DNA of 64,000 bases from an uncultured Actinomycetota bacterium (GTDB lineage: Bacteria; Actinomycetota; Actinomycetes; JAFAQI01). A program made the translations under genes and the position numbers. The DNA lies in assembly GCA_963770565.1 (NCBI GenBank), contig CAVYQE010000008.1, forward strand, positions 161,972-225,971, given 5' to 3'. Shown one piece after another: positions 19,323-29,162 of the stretch (its first letter is position 1; each line of letters starts with the position of its first letter). The notes under the pieces are model-generated. The model was given only the letters and a program-made list of their open reading frames with translations, ran no database searches and was not told the origin of the DNA.

Positions 19323-21386
19323 GTGGATCATCAGCGTGGCGGTCGGGTTGCCGTCAGCGTGGTCGTTCCGGTCCACAATCCCGGCAAGTTCATCGAGACG
19401 TGTATCGACTCCTTGCTCGGGCAGAGCCTGGCCCGCGATCAGTTCGAAGTGATCTTCGTCGATGACGGTTCGACCGACGAGACTCCGGCCCGGTTGGATG
19501 AGGTGGCGGCGAGAGAGTCGAACGTCACCGTCATCCACGAGCCCGCATCTGGCTGGCCCGGCCGGCCACGCAACATCGGCATCGACCGCGCCGTCGGTGA
19601 CTACGTCTTCTTCTGCGACCACGATGACTGGCTCGGCCCCGAGGCGCTGGAGCGGATGGTCGCGTACGCCGACACCTGTGGCGCCGACATCCTGATCGGC
19701 AAGACGATCGGCCATCGACGCGGTGTGCCGCGCGACCTGTTCCGTGCCAATGAGCCCGACGCGACGCTGTGGACCAAGCCGCTGATGACGAGCTTGTCAC
19801 CGCACAAGTTGTTCCGGCGCGCGTTCCTCGACGAACACGCGCTGCGGTTCCCGGAGGGCAAGCGCCGACTGGAAGACCACGTGTTGGTCGTTCAGGCCTA
19901 CTTCCTCGCCAATCGGATCGCGGTGTTGAGCGACTACGTCTGCTATCACCACATCCGCCGCGACGACGATCTCAACGCGGCCTACACGCCGATCGATCCG
20001 CCGAGCTACTTCGGATATGTGCGCGAGGTGCTCGACATCATCGAGGCGCACACCGAGCCCGGGCCGCTGCGTGACCACGTCCTGGAGCGCCCGTTCCGGC
20101 AGGAGCTGCTCGGCCGGATCGCCCGGCCGCGACCGGTCGGCACGGCACCCGAGGGCTACGACGAGGCGGTGTTCAACGAGGTTCGCGCAGTGATGCTTGA
20201 GCGCTTCCCGCCCGACTTCGCCGACCGGCTGCCACTGATCGCGCGTGTCCGCGCGGCAATCGTGCGCGACGACCGGTACTCCGTGCTCGCCGACCTGAGT
20301 GCGCGGATCGCTGACCTTCAAGGTCGCGTCGTCATGACCTCGTTGCGCTGGGAGCGCGGTGGTTGGCAAGCCGGGATCGAGGTGGAGGCCGAGTTCGCCG
20401 ACGGCACGCCGTTGCGCTTCATTCGTCGCGATGACGACCGGTGGTCGGTCGATCCGCGACTGCTGCCTGCCGATCTGCGAGCTGCACATGATGTCGGCAC
20501 TTCGGAACTGCTCGGGATCAGGCCGTCGGTGGTCGTGGTCGAGCGGTCGAGCGACGAGGAGTGGTTCGTACCCGCGCAACTCGTGGCTGATTCGCGCGCC
20601 ATCCCTGACGATCCCGATGGCGCGCATCGGGTCGTGGTGACCGGCGCCGCGGAGTTCGATCCGAGCACGCTGGCCGGCGGCCGGGCGCTGGCGAACGGCA
20701 TCTGGGATGTGACGGTGCGGTTCTCCTGCATCGGGGTGGACCTGAGGGGCCGGATCGGCATCGAGCCGACGACTCGCCCGGCGCTGCCGAGCGCGGCGGT
20801 CATCGGGCCGCGACCGGTGACGGTCATTCCGTATCTCACCGAGACCAACGAGAACTTCAGCCTGGATGTCGGCCAGCGCGTCCACACCCTGCTGGCCGCG
20901 TTGCTGGCCCGCCCGATCGGGCCGGTCAGCGTCAGGCGCGAGTACTTCTCGGCTCGGGTCGATGTCGACATCGCGCCCGGTGCCTCGTCGCGGTCGCTGC
21001 GGCTGCAACTGCTGGGCGGCGACACCGTGGTCGGCCACTGCGAGGCCGCGATCGTGGCGGACGGCGAGACTGCCGCGCTTCGCGGTGGCACGGTGCCCAA
21101 ACCGGCCGGCGGGGTCTTGCGGCGGCTGCACGGCCCGGGGCAGTACACGTTGGGTGCGCAGTCACGGGCTAAGGACGAGCCGTCACTCGTCGGGACGGTC
21201 GATGTCAACCGCTTCGGCAGAATCGTCGCGGCCGACTTCAGCCCTGAGCGCCGCGACTCGGTGGTGCCGCTGCCGGAGGGGTTCGGCGAGGTAACGCCGG
21301 TCGACCGTGCCGTCGAACGCGCGCGGCACGTCGCCGGCCGGGCGGTGCGCGGCGCGCGCCGGCCTGGCCCCCGTCAGCCCAGGTAA
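19323..21386 (+). CDS. Glycosyltransferase family 2 (TarS-like)
   Basis: VSVVVPVHN, FVDDGSTD, PGRPRNIG, FCDHDD, RLEDH. Confidence 0.9.
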   Translation: MDHQRGGRVAVSVVVPVHNPGKFIETCIDSLLGQSLARDQFEVIFVDDGSTDETPARLDEVAARESNVTVIHEPASGWPGRPRNIGIDRAVGDYVFFCDHDDWLGPEALERMVAYADTCGADILIGKTIGHRRGVPRDLFRANEPDATLWTKPLMTSLSPHKLFRRAFLDEHALRFPEGKRRLEDHVLVVQAYFLANRIAVLSDYVCYHHIRRDDDLNAAYTPIDPPSYFGYVREVLDIIEAHTEPGPLRDHVLERPFRQELLGRIARPRPVGTAPEGYDEAVFNEVRAVMLERFPPDFADRLPLIARVRAAIVRDDRYSVLADLSARIADLQGRVVMTSLRWERGGWQAGIEVEAEFADGTPLRFIRRDDDRWSVDPRLLPADLRAAHDVGTSELLGIRPSVVVVERSSDEEWFVPAQLVADSRAIPDDPDGAHRVVVTGAAEFDPSTLAGGRALANGIWDVTVRFSCIGVDLRGRIGIEPTTRPALPSAAVIGPRPVTVIPYLTETNENFSLDVGQRVHTLLAALLARPIGPVSVRREYFSARVDVDIAPGASSRSLRLQLLGGDTVVGHCEAAIVADGETAALRGGTVPKPAGGVLRRLHGPGQYTLGAQSRAKDEPSLVGTVDVNRFGRIVAADFSPERRDSVVPLPEGFGEVTPVDRAVERARHVAGRAVRGARRPGPRQPR

Positions 21387-22180
21387 CCCCAGTTGCGACA
21401 GGCCGGGCGCAGTTCCTCCGGGATCTCCTGGTCGGCGGGCAGGACGAGCTCGCTGTCGATTCGGCCCGATCGGATCTTCGCGCTCCAGTCGCCGATCCGG
21501 GGCTTAAACGGGCCGTGGTCGACCGATCCGTAGTCGATCATCGCCCGCTCCCACGGCACCCCTAGATGGGCGCAGATCTCGGTCGTGATCCGCGCCGGCT
21601 CTTTGACCAGGTCTTCGTAGTGGATCGTGATGCCCGGCAGCGCGTTGCGCGCCTCGTCGATCTTCTGCGTGTATTCGACCACCCGCGCACGGACGTCGGC
21701 GAGCACCGGGTCCTTGCGGGCCCGATACAGCGAGTCCGCGATCGCGGCCGGGTGCCGCAGCAGGAACACGTAGCGCGCCTTGGGCCACGCTTCCTGCAGC
21801 CGCTCCCAGGCGAAGACGGCGTTCGGCGTCTTGTCGACGATGATCGACTTCCCGCTGGCAACCAGTTCGCGGTGGAGCACTCGGTCCCACAACAGGTATT
21901 CGAGGCGTCGTTCGTCGAGCCCGATCTGGCGCATCGACTCCGCTCCGTACCGCTGGTCGATCCGCACCCGCAGCGTGCGCAGATGCAGCTCGTGCGGCGC
22001 ACAGATCATCGAGTGGCTGTTGAGGATGACGCGCAGCAGGGTCGAGCCCGATCGCACCGAGGTCAGGATGAATGTGGGCTGCTCGACCAGCCGATCGACC
22101 CGCTTGTGCGGACCAGTCGAGCGCAGTGATCCGACCCGCGTGAGCCGGTATCCGGTGGCTCGGGCGATCGCCTGGTTCAC
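21374..22180 (-). CDS. PAPS-dependent sulfotransferase
   Basis: SVRSGSTLL (5'-PSB loop), DKTP, LLRHP..IADS, YEDLVKEP. Confidence 0.88.
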   Translation of the reverse strand: MNQAIARATGYRLTRVGSLRSTGPHKRVDRLVEQPTFILTSVRSGSTLLRVILNSHSMICAPHELHLRTLRVRIDQRYGAESMRQIGLDERRLEYLLWDRVLHRELVASGKSIIVDKTPNAVFAWERLQEAWPKARYVFLLRHPAAIADSLYRARKDPVLADVRARVVEYTQKIDEARNALPGITIHYEDLVKEPARITTEICAHLGVPWERAMIDYGSVDHGPFKPRIGDWSAKIRSGRIDSELVLPADQEIPEELRPACRNWGYLG

Positions 22181-22367
22181 CAGCTGCTTCGCGGGTTGGC
22201 CTGGCCGGTCCTTGGCGATGACCCGGTACCTCTCGTTCGTCTGACGCGAGCCGGTGGTTGATCGGCGCCATCGTATCGAGCCGAACGGAGACCTTTGCTC
22301 GACAACGACCCATGCCTATGTAATACGTTGGCACGTCACACGGTCGGGGTCGGAGGTAGGAGGCGTC

Positions 22368-23063
22368 GTGCGCGTTGGTCGACGGGTTCCACTGGTGTTG
22401 GCGAGCGCGATCGCACTCGCACTCGCCCTGGTGGGGGGTGTCGCCGTCGCCGTGACGTCGCATTCGCCCGGTGCGAAGGCCTGCGTGACGTCGAGCGGCG
22501 TACTGCGGCTGCGGGTCGGCGGGAAGTGCGCGAGCGGTCAGACCGCCGTCGCGCTCGGTGCCCAAGGCCCACAAGGGGTGGCTGGCGCGCGAGGTGCACG
22601 CGGTGCGGTCGGCCCGCGAGGTCCCAAGGGCAACACCGGCCCGGCCGGGACCGCGCAACGGGTGAACTTCAGCCAGGTCACGCCGGAGGCCAGCAGCGTC
22701 TCGCACGCGCTCGCCACCGCCGGTCCCGTGACGCTGCTGGCGTCGTGCCAGGGCACCGCGCTCTCCACGACGTCGCTGGTGCTGTCGGTCAACGGCGGCA
22801 CCGACCCGCTCAGCTTCACCGCTAACGGGGTGTCCAGGGACAACGGCGCCGGCCCGGTTGTCGCGGTCGACCACGGCACGACGGTGTCGCTGCAGACCAC
22901 TGCGCTGCCGACGATCACCACCCCGGACTCGCTGTCGGACGTGATCACGATCGTGATCGGAGCTACTAGCGGCGCCGAAGTCACCGGCACGCTCGATGTT
23001 GAGCTGAGCACCGCGGCCGACACGCCGGTCTGCACCGTCGACGGAACGCTGGCGGCAGCGTGA
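22368..23063 (+). CDS. Secreted collagen-like (Gly-X-Y x11) protein
   Basis: RBS AGGAGG, signal peptide, Cys pair, GAQGPQGVAGARGARGAVGPRGPKGNTGPAGTA. Confidence 0.8.
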   Translation: MRVGRRVPLVLASAIALALALVGGVAVAVTSHSPGAKACVTSSGVLRLRVGGKCASGQTAVALGAQGPQGVAGARGARGAVGPRGPKGNTGPAGTAQRVNFSQVTPEASSVSHALATAGPVTLLASCQGTALSTTSLVLSVNGGTDPLSFTANGVSRDNGAGPVVAVDHGTTVSLQTTALPTITTPDSLSDVITIVIGATSGAEVTGTLDVELSTAADTPVCTVDGTLAAA

Positions 23064-23125
23064 GCTCCGGCCCGAGCAGCTCCGGCGGAAGCACTGCAAT
23101 GGCAAAGGGAAGAAGGGTCTCGGCA

Positions 23126-24802
23126 ATGATCTTTCGCCCCACCCAATCGATTCGTCGACGCACGTCGCTCACCTCGCGGCGGGTGGCTCTTGCCTCGGTC
23201 GCGGCGCTGGCTTCGGTGACTCTGACACCGGCCGCGTCGCACGCCGACACGTCCACCACGGTCACGGTGGTCGGGACCAGCGACGTCTTCGACTCCGACC
23301 TGATCCAGCAGGTGATCAAGCCGGGCTTCGAGGCCGCCTATCCCCAGTACACCTTGAACTACGTCAGCCAGGGCACCGGCGCCGCAATCGCCTACGCCGA
23401 GGCCGGCACGGCGAGTGCGCTGCTGGTGCATGCCGCGTCGTTGGAGAACCAGCTCGTCGCCTCCGGCCCGCCGTCGTTCTCGTACGAGCAATACGGGCGG
23501 GCGATCTTCTACGGCGACTACGTTCTGCTCGGACCGGCTGACGACCCGGCGGGCGTCATGACGGGGGGAGCGGCCTCGAACAACATCGTCGACGCGTTCC
23601 AGAAGATCGCCGCAGCGGGCCAGGGCGGCACGGTCAACTTCGTCTCCCGCGGCGGCACGCCCGGCACGACGGTCGAGGAGCACGGGATCTGGGCGCTGAC
23701 CACCGGCGTCACCACCTGTCCGGTCAGCACGCCGAACGGTGGCGGTTCAGTTCCGAACGCGGACACCAACTGCGGGACGCCGACGTTGCCGTCGTGGTAC
23801 CACACCACCGGGCTGACCCAAGGCCCTAACGTCGTTGCCGCGGACACCTGCAACTTCACCGGTGGCAACTGCTACGCGCTCACCGACCGGGGGACCTTCC
23901 AGTTCCTCGAGCAGGAGGGCGCGCTGACCAACCTGCAGGTCGTCGCCAAGAACAACGCGGCTTCGGCGCCGGGCGGCGCCAACCTGTTGATCAACTCCTT
24001 CCACGCCTACGCGATCAACCCGGCCGCGTTCACCTCCAACCCGAATGTGCACATCAACCTGCAGGGCGCGCTCGCGTTCCTCGACTGGCTCACCTCGCCG
24101 GCCGGTCAGAACGCGGTGAACTCCTACCAGGCAAACGATCCGGGCGGACCGTCGTTCCATGAGGACGCCAGGCCGCAGATCGCGGTGAGCTCGACCCTGC
24201 CGGCCACGGTGAAGTCCGGCCACAAGCTGACGATCACCGGCTCGCTGACCAACGTGGTGCCGGGTACGCCGCCGCTCGCCGGTGTGCAGATGACCCTGTC
24301 CGCAAAGCCCAACGGCGGCACGTCGGGCAGTGTGGCCACGACCACGACGGATTCGAACGGCAACTTCACCCTGCATTACACGCCGACCGCCAACGCGTCA
24401 TACCGGGTGTCGAGTCCGGCGATCAGCCAGATCGAGAACTCGAGCCTCACACCGATCTACGGCGACTTGTTGCAGCCGACGTCAGTCGCGATCGGCAAGT
24501 CCACGGTGACCGGGGCGCCCACCATCAGCAGTGTCAAGGCGCACGCGGGCGCGGTAACCATCAAGGGCACGCTGTCGCCGACCGTCACCGGATCGGGCGC
24601 GAAGCTTGTGGTGTACGCCGGGCACGCACGCGCCGCCAGCCTGCATGTCGTGTCGACGGTCGCACTTCGTAACGGCGCGAAGACGTTCACCGTCAAGGTG
24701 AAACTGCGTCGCGGCATCACCTGGAAAGTTAAGGTGAAATACGTGAACACCGGCACGATCACCGCGGGCACGTCCGCGGCGTCGTCGGTGCACGTGACCT
24801 GA
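23126..24802 (+). CDS. TupA-like tungstate/oxyanion-binding protein with C-terminal beta-sandwich extension
   Basis: GTGAAI, LLVHA...E, YGDYVLLGPADDPAGV, FVSRGG..GT, YALTDRGTF, FLDWLTSPAGQ; about 200 extra beta-rich residues; no lipobox. Confidence 0.8.
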   Translation: MIFRPTQSIRRRTSLTSRRVALASVAALASVTLTPAASHADTSTTVTVVGTSDVFDSDLIQQVIKPGFEAAYPQYTLNYVSQGTGAAIAYAEAGTASALLVHAASLENQLVASGPPSFSYEQYGRAIFYGDYVLLGPADDPAGVMTGGAASNNIVDAFQKIAAAGQGGTVNFVSRGGTPGTTVEEHGIWALTTGVTTCPVSTPNGGGSVPNADTNCGTPTLPSWYHTTGLTQGPNVVAADTCNFTGGNCYALTDRGTFQFLEQEGALTNLQVVAKNNAASAPGGANLLINSFHAYAINPAAFTSNPNVHINLQGALAFLDWLTSPAGQNAVNSYQANDPGGPSFHEDARPQIAVSSTLPATVKSGHKLTITGSLTNVVPGTPPLAGVQMTLSAKPNGGTSGSVATTTTDSNGNFTLHYTPTANASYRVSSPAISQIENSSLTPIYGDLLQPTSVAIGKSTVTGAPTISSVKAHAGAVTIKGTLSPTVTGSGAKLVVYAGHARAASLHVVSTVALRNGAKTFTVKVKLRRGITWKVKVKYVNTGTITAGTSAASSVHVT

Positions 24803-24804
24803 GC

Positions 24805-26094
24805 ATGCGGTTCGCGCCGCCAAGCCGAGCGCTGATTGCCGCGCTCGCGCTCGGTGGCGCGCTTGCCGTTTCGGCCGTGCCTGCGGCCGCCGCGACCTCA
24901 TGCCCGACCGGCGACCCGTGCATCGCCGTGCATCTGCAGTCCGGCACGCAGTACGTCACGGCTTCGCAGATCACCGCGGAGGCAACGGCTGCGGCCGATG
25001 CAGGCGCGGCGAACGCGGTGCAGAACGTTCAGTACCTGTTCAGCGCCGGTGCAGGCGCCGGGCCGTTCGTCGCACTCGGGCTTTCGGTCAACGCCCTCTT
25101 GCAGAACCTGCTCGGTCCGACCGCGTTCGGTCAAGTGACGTTCACCGAGCTCACCCGACCGATCGACGGCAGCGAGTCGATCCTCCAAGCAAGCACCGGC
25201 GACCTGTCGGCGCCGTCGGCCTTCCTCGGCGGTCAGCTCCCGGTGTTCTGGGTCAACGGCTCCGAGATCGACTACACCCGGCCGCTGCGCGACGGCTCGG
25301 ACAACGCGGCGACCGATGACGCGATCCAGAGCGATCAGGGCGGCGCGCTCGACCTGTACGTCCACACCGGGCCGTTGCTCACCGTCACCGCACATGCGAG
25401 CGCAACGACGATCAAGGCCGACCAGGCCGTGACGTTTACTGCCAGCAGCTCCGGCGACTCGATCACGCCGGCCTATCGCTGGACCCTGTTCGGCAGCCCG
25501 CACCGGTTCGCCACCGGCCAGCGGGTGACCCACACCTTCGCAACCTCGGGGGAGTACGAAGTGCTGCTCAGCGCGGCCGGACCGGACGACTCGGCCGGCG
25601 CCGCCAGCCCGCTGTTCATCACCGTGGGCAGCGCCACCTCGTCACCGTCGAAGTCGCCGAGCCCGGGCTCGAGCGGCCCGCGGTCGCCGAGCACCAGCCC
25701 GGACCCGACCGCGAGCTCGCACCCGACGGCCACGCCCAGCGGCCAGGGGTCCGGTTCGCCGCCTCCGGGTGGGAGCGCGACCGACGGCAGTGGTCCGACC
25801 CCGAGCGCGGCGGCGAGCGGCTCGGTACGGCCGACCCCACCGGCCAACCCCGGTCAACTCCCGGTCGTCAGCGGGCGGCTGATCGGCGAGGGGGTGGCCC
25901 TGCTGACCACTCCCGGTGCATCGTCGGCGCAGGTTCAGGGTGGCGCGATCCCGGCAGCGCGAATGTCGACCGGCTGGCGCGTGACGACCGCGACCGGCTC
26001 GGTGCTGGCGATAATGCTGTTGTTCGGGTTGGGTGCCGCCCGCGAGCTGCGCTGGTCGAGAACGGGGTCGAAGACGTGGGTGCGACGGCATTGA
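24805..26094 (+). CDS. Secreted PKD-domain protein with S/P/T linker and C-terminal TM anchor
   Basis: VTFTAS...YRWT...VTHTFATSGEYEV (PKD-like); low-complexity linker; hydrophobic tail followed by basic residues. Confidence 0.72.
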   Translation: MRFAPPSRALIAALALGGALAVSAVPAAAATSCPTGDPCIAVHLQSGTQYVTASQITAEATAAADAGAANAVQNVQYLFSAGAGAGPFVALGLSVNALLQNLLGPTAFGQVTFTELTRPIDGSESILQASTGDLSAPSAFLGGQLPVFWVNGSEIDYTRPLRDGSDNAATDDAIQSDQGGALDLYVHTGPLLTVTAHASATTIKADQAVTFTASSSGDSITPAYRWTLFGSPHRFATGQRVTHTFATSGEYEVLLSAAGPDDSAGAASPLFITVGSATSSPSKSPSPGSSGPRSPSTSPDPTASSHPTATPSGQGSGSPPPGGSATDGSGPTPSAAASGSVRPTPPANPGQLPVVSGRLIGEGVALLTTPGASSAQVQGGAIPAARMSTGWRVTTATGSVLAIMLLFGLGAARELRWSRTGSKTWVRRH

Positions 26095-26101
26095 GGACAC
26101 C

Positions 26102-26746
26102 GTGACCCACGGCATCGAGCAGGCAATCTTCGACGTTGCCCGATCACTCGAGGTCCCAGTGCTCATCCTCGCTCTGCTCGCCCTCGCCGCGGTGATCGTC
26201 GAGATCGGCGCGTTCGCGGTCGAGTTGAGGAATCGGCAGCAGCGTCGGTTCGCGGCGGTCGCCGCCGCAGCGGCTGACGCCCGCAAGGCGATTGCCGACG
26301 GCGACCGTGGCGCGGCGACCGCGACGCTCAGCGAGGTGGCCTGGAGCGCGGCGATGGCAGAGACGCTGAAGACCATCGCCGAGCAAGCCGGCGAGTCGGG
26401 AGCGGATACCCGGCTGGCCAAGGCGCTCGCCGACTTCGACTTCGACTCCCAGCGCCGTCTCGCGCGCACCAGGCTTCTGGTCCGGGCCGGTCCGGCGCTC
26501 GGCCTGATGGGCACTTTGATCCCGTTGTCGCCTGCGCTCGAAGGGCTGCGCAACGGCAACACGACAGTGCTCAGTCAGAACCTCCGAGTTGCCTTCAGCG
26601 TGACCGTCCTCGGCCTGCTTGTTGGCGCGATCGCCTTCGGGATCTCGCTCTACCGCGACCGGATGTACGGCCAGGACCTCTCCGACCTCGAGTACGTCGC
26701 CGCCGTACTCACCGATGACCGGCCGGCGCCGGGGGTGCCAGCATGA
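26102..26746 (+). CDS. MotA/TolQ/ExbB proton-channel family protein
   Basis: GPALGLMGTLIPL...L, LRVAFSVTVLGL; RBS GAGGA. Confidence 0.88.
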   Translation: MTHGIEQAIFDVARSLEVPVLILALLALAAVIVEIGAFAVELRNRQQRRFAAVAAAAADARKAIADGDRGAATATLSEVAWSAAMAETLKTIAEQAGESGADTRLAKALADFDFDSQRRLARTRLLVRAGPALGLMGTLIPLSPALEGLRNGNTTVLSQNLRVAFSVTVLGLLVGAIAFGISLYRDRMYGQDLSDLEYVAAVLTDDRPAPGVPA

Positions 26747-27066
26747 TCAAGGTCACGCCGCGGGCCCGACTGCGCGAGGACCGGGCCGGGGATCCGCTCG
26801 ACGGTCTGGTCAACCTCTTCGACCTCGGCATCGTCCTGGCGGTCGCGTTCCTGCTTGCCGCGCTCGCCTCGCTCAACCTCACGAAGGCGTTCACCAAGAA
26901 CGGCCTTCATCCGGTGGCGCCAGGCACGATCACGATTGCTCCCGGCCAGACCGTGCACACGTTGCCTTCGCCCGGTGCCCGGACGATCGGTCCCGGGGTG
27001 AAGGTGGGCACGGTCTACCGGCTGCCGTCGGGCAAGCTCGTCTACGTGACCGGCCCGTCCAAGTAA
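26743..27066 (+). CDS. DUF2149-like protein (ExbD/MotB-like single TM with Asp)
   Basis: DPLDGLVNLFDLGIVLAVAFLL...GTVYRLPSGKLVYV; ATGA overlap with the MotA-like gene. Confidence 0.8.
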   Translation: MIKVTPRARLREDRAGDPLDGLVNLFDLGIVLAVAFLLAALASLNLTKAFTKNGLHPVAPGTITIAPGQTVHTLPSPGARTIGPGVKVGTVYRLPSGKLVYVTGPSK

Positions 27067-27087
27067 CGGCTCGCCCGGAGCGATGCG

Positions 27088-27807
27088 GTGAAGTTCATCT
27101 GGCGAGGGCTGCGGCAGGCGTGGCACCTCATCGTCACCGGCGATCCCAGTCTCCGCCATCTCACCTGGATCACCCTCGACGTCGCGGTCGTGGCGACTGT
27201 GGTCGCGGTGGTCATCGGGTTGCCGCTCGGTCTGGCGCTCGGGCTCGGCCGGTTCCGGGGCCGGCAGGCCGGCATCATCCTGGCCAATGCCGGCCTTGGC
27301 CTGCCGCCGGTGATGGTCGGATTGGTGTTGGCGCTGTTGATGTTTCCGGCCGCGCCACTCGGGCGGTTCCATCTGCTGTTCACTCTGCACGGGGTCTACA
27401 TCGCGCAGTCGCTGCTGTCGTTCCCGATCATCGTGGCGCTCAGCTGCTCGGCGGTGCGCGCCTTGCCACCCGGCCTGATCGAGCAGGCCAGGGCGTTCGA
27501 CGCCGGCCGGCTGCAGATCTGGGCGCTCGCGGCCCGCGAGGCGCGGGTCGGGATCCTGACCGCGGTGATCGCGGCGGTGGGGTCGGCGCTCTCCGAGGTC
27601 GGCGCCGTCGTGCTGGTCGGCGGCAACATCTATGGCAACGACCAGACGCTCGCCAGCGCGACGATCTTCGCCGTCGACCAGGCCCAGTTTGGCTACGCGA
27701 TGGCGATCGGCATCATCCTGCTCGGGCTGATCCTCGTGGTGGCGGCCGTGCTGACCTTGATCCAACAGGGTTCGGCGCACCGGGTCCGGATCCGGCCACC
27801 GTCATGA
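27088..27807 (+). CDS. tupB: Tungstate ABC transporter permease (TupB-like)
   Basis: GLPPVMVGL, FPIIVAL, GSALSEVGAVVLVGGNI. Confidence 0.85.
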   Translation: MKFIWRGLRQAWHLIVTGDPSLRHLTWITLDVAVVATVVAVVIGLPLGLALGLGRFRGRQAGIILANAGLGLPPVMVGLVLALLMFPAAPLGRFHLLFTLHGVYIAQSLLSFPIIVALSCSAVRALPPGLIEQARAFDAGRLQIWALAAREARVGILTAVIAAVGSALSEVGAVVLVGGNIYGNDQTLASATIFAVDQAQFGYAMAIGIILLGLILVVAAVLTLIQQGSAHRVRIRPPS

Positions 27808-28763
27808 GCGCGCCGATCGCCGCACCGCGGCCGCTGCTCCGCGCGACCTCGCTCGGCGTCCGCCGTGGTGGTGCCGACGTCCTGCACGGGGTCAGCCTCG
27901 ACGTCGGGCCGGGCGAGGTGCTGGCGGTGCTCGGACCGAACGGCGCCGGTAAGAGCACCCTGCTGGCCGCCCTGGGCGGTGGGCTGAAGCCGTCGACCGG
28001 CACGGTCGAACGGGCCGGCCGGGTGGCAACCGCGATGCAGTCACCCGACCTCGCCCGCCGCAGCGCGCGGGCCAACGTCGAGGTGGCACTCGCCTGGTGG
28101 GGCGTGTCGAGACGCGAGCGCCGGGATCGCGCCGCTGAGGCGCTCGCGGCCATGCAAGCCGACCATCTGGCCGACCGGCAGACCACCGCCATGTCCGGTG
28201 GTGAACGAAGGCGGGTCCACATCGCGCGTGCGCTCGCGTTGCGGCCCGACGTCTTGCTGCTCGACGAGCCGTTCGCCGGGCTCGACCCGGTCAGCCGGGG
28301 CGCACTGCTCGACGACACCGCGTCCGCGCTCCGGGGCGGCTCCGGCGCGGTGGTGCTCGTCGTCCACGACCGGGCCGAGGCGTGGGCACTTGCGAACCGG
28401 CTGGTCGTACTCATCGATGGCCGGATCGCCGCGGAGGGCCCGCCGCGCGAGGTGCTCGAGGCACCGCCGAGTGCCGGCGTCGCGCGGTTCCTGGGCTTCA
28501 CTGGCGAGTTCCGTGACGGGACCGAGCTGGTGTTCACCCGGCCCAGCCAGGTGCACCTCGACCCGCAGGGCGAGATCGCGGCCACCGTCGTACGGCTGAT
28601 CCCGTTCGAGGACGGTGCGCGCGCCGAGCTGGAGACACCGACCGGGCACCTGTCGGCGATCGTGCCGTATCCGGGGCCGAGCGTCGGCGACGCGGTCCGG
28701 GTCCGCGTCGACGCGTGCGTGCGGTTTCCGGTCGATCACCAATATGGTGAGGCCCGTGGCTGA
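27804..28763 (+). CDS. ABC transporter ATP-binding protein (TupC-like)
   Basis: GPNGAGKST, MSGGE, LLLDEPF; ATGA overlap with the permease. Confidence 0.9.
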   Translation: MSAPIAAPRPLLRATSLGVRRGGADVLHGVSLDVGPGEVLAVLGPNGAGKSTLLAALGGGLKPSTGTVERAGRVATAMQSPDLARRSARANVEVALAWWGVSRRERRDRAAEALAAMQADHLADRQTTAMSGGERRRVHIARALALRPDVLLLDEPFAGLDPVSRGALLDDTASALRGGSGAVVLVVHDRAEAWALANRLVVLIDGRIAAEGPPREVLEAPPSAGVARFLGFTGEFRDGTELVFTRPSQVHLDPQGEIAATVVRLIPFEDGARAELETPTGHLSAIVPYPGPSVGDAVRVRVDACVRFPVDHQYGEARG

Positions 28764-29130
28764 GCTGCTCCGCATCGGCGAGGTGTCGAAGGCGCTCGGC
28801 GTCAGCATCGACACCCTGCGCCGATGGGAGGCCGACGGCCGGGTGAAGTTCGTCCGGCGCGGCAATCAGCGGATGCTGCCGGCCGCCCAGCTCGGCAAGC
28901 TCCTGCGGTCTCAGACCGGGTCGACCAACAAGTCCAGTGCCCGCAACCGGCTCACCGGGGTGGTGGTCTCGGTCGACCGCGACGGGGTCATGGCCAAGGT
29001 CGAGATGGCGTGCGGCGACTTCCGGATCGTGTCGTTGATGAGCCGGGAGGCGGCCGACGATCTCAAGCTCGAGCCGGGCGTGTTCGCGACCGCGGTGGTC
29101 AAGGCGACGAACGTGATCATCGACCGGTGA
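28756..29130 (+). CDS. MerR/excisionase-type HTH + TOBE molybdate/tungstate-responsive regulator
   Basis: LRIGEVSKALGVSIDTLRRW plus SSARNRLTGVV...VVKATNV. Confidence 0.9.
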   Translation: MAELLRIGEVSKALGVSIDTLRRWEADGRVKFVRRGNQRMLPAAQLGKLLRSQTGSTNKSSARNRLTGVVVSVDRDGVMAKVEMACGDFRIVSLMSREAADDLKLEPGVFATAVVKATNVIIDR

Positions 29131-29162
29131 GCTCGCCGCGCTGGTAAACGCGGGCGGATCGG

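Noticed and set aside
26619-28763. Apparent 714-aa ABC ATPase fusion
   Set aside because: The N-terminal part overlaps the DUF2149-like gene and tupB in other frames; the real start is ATG 27804.
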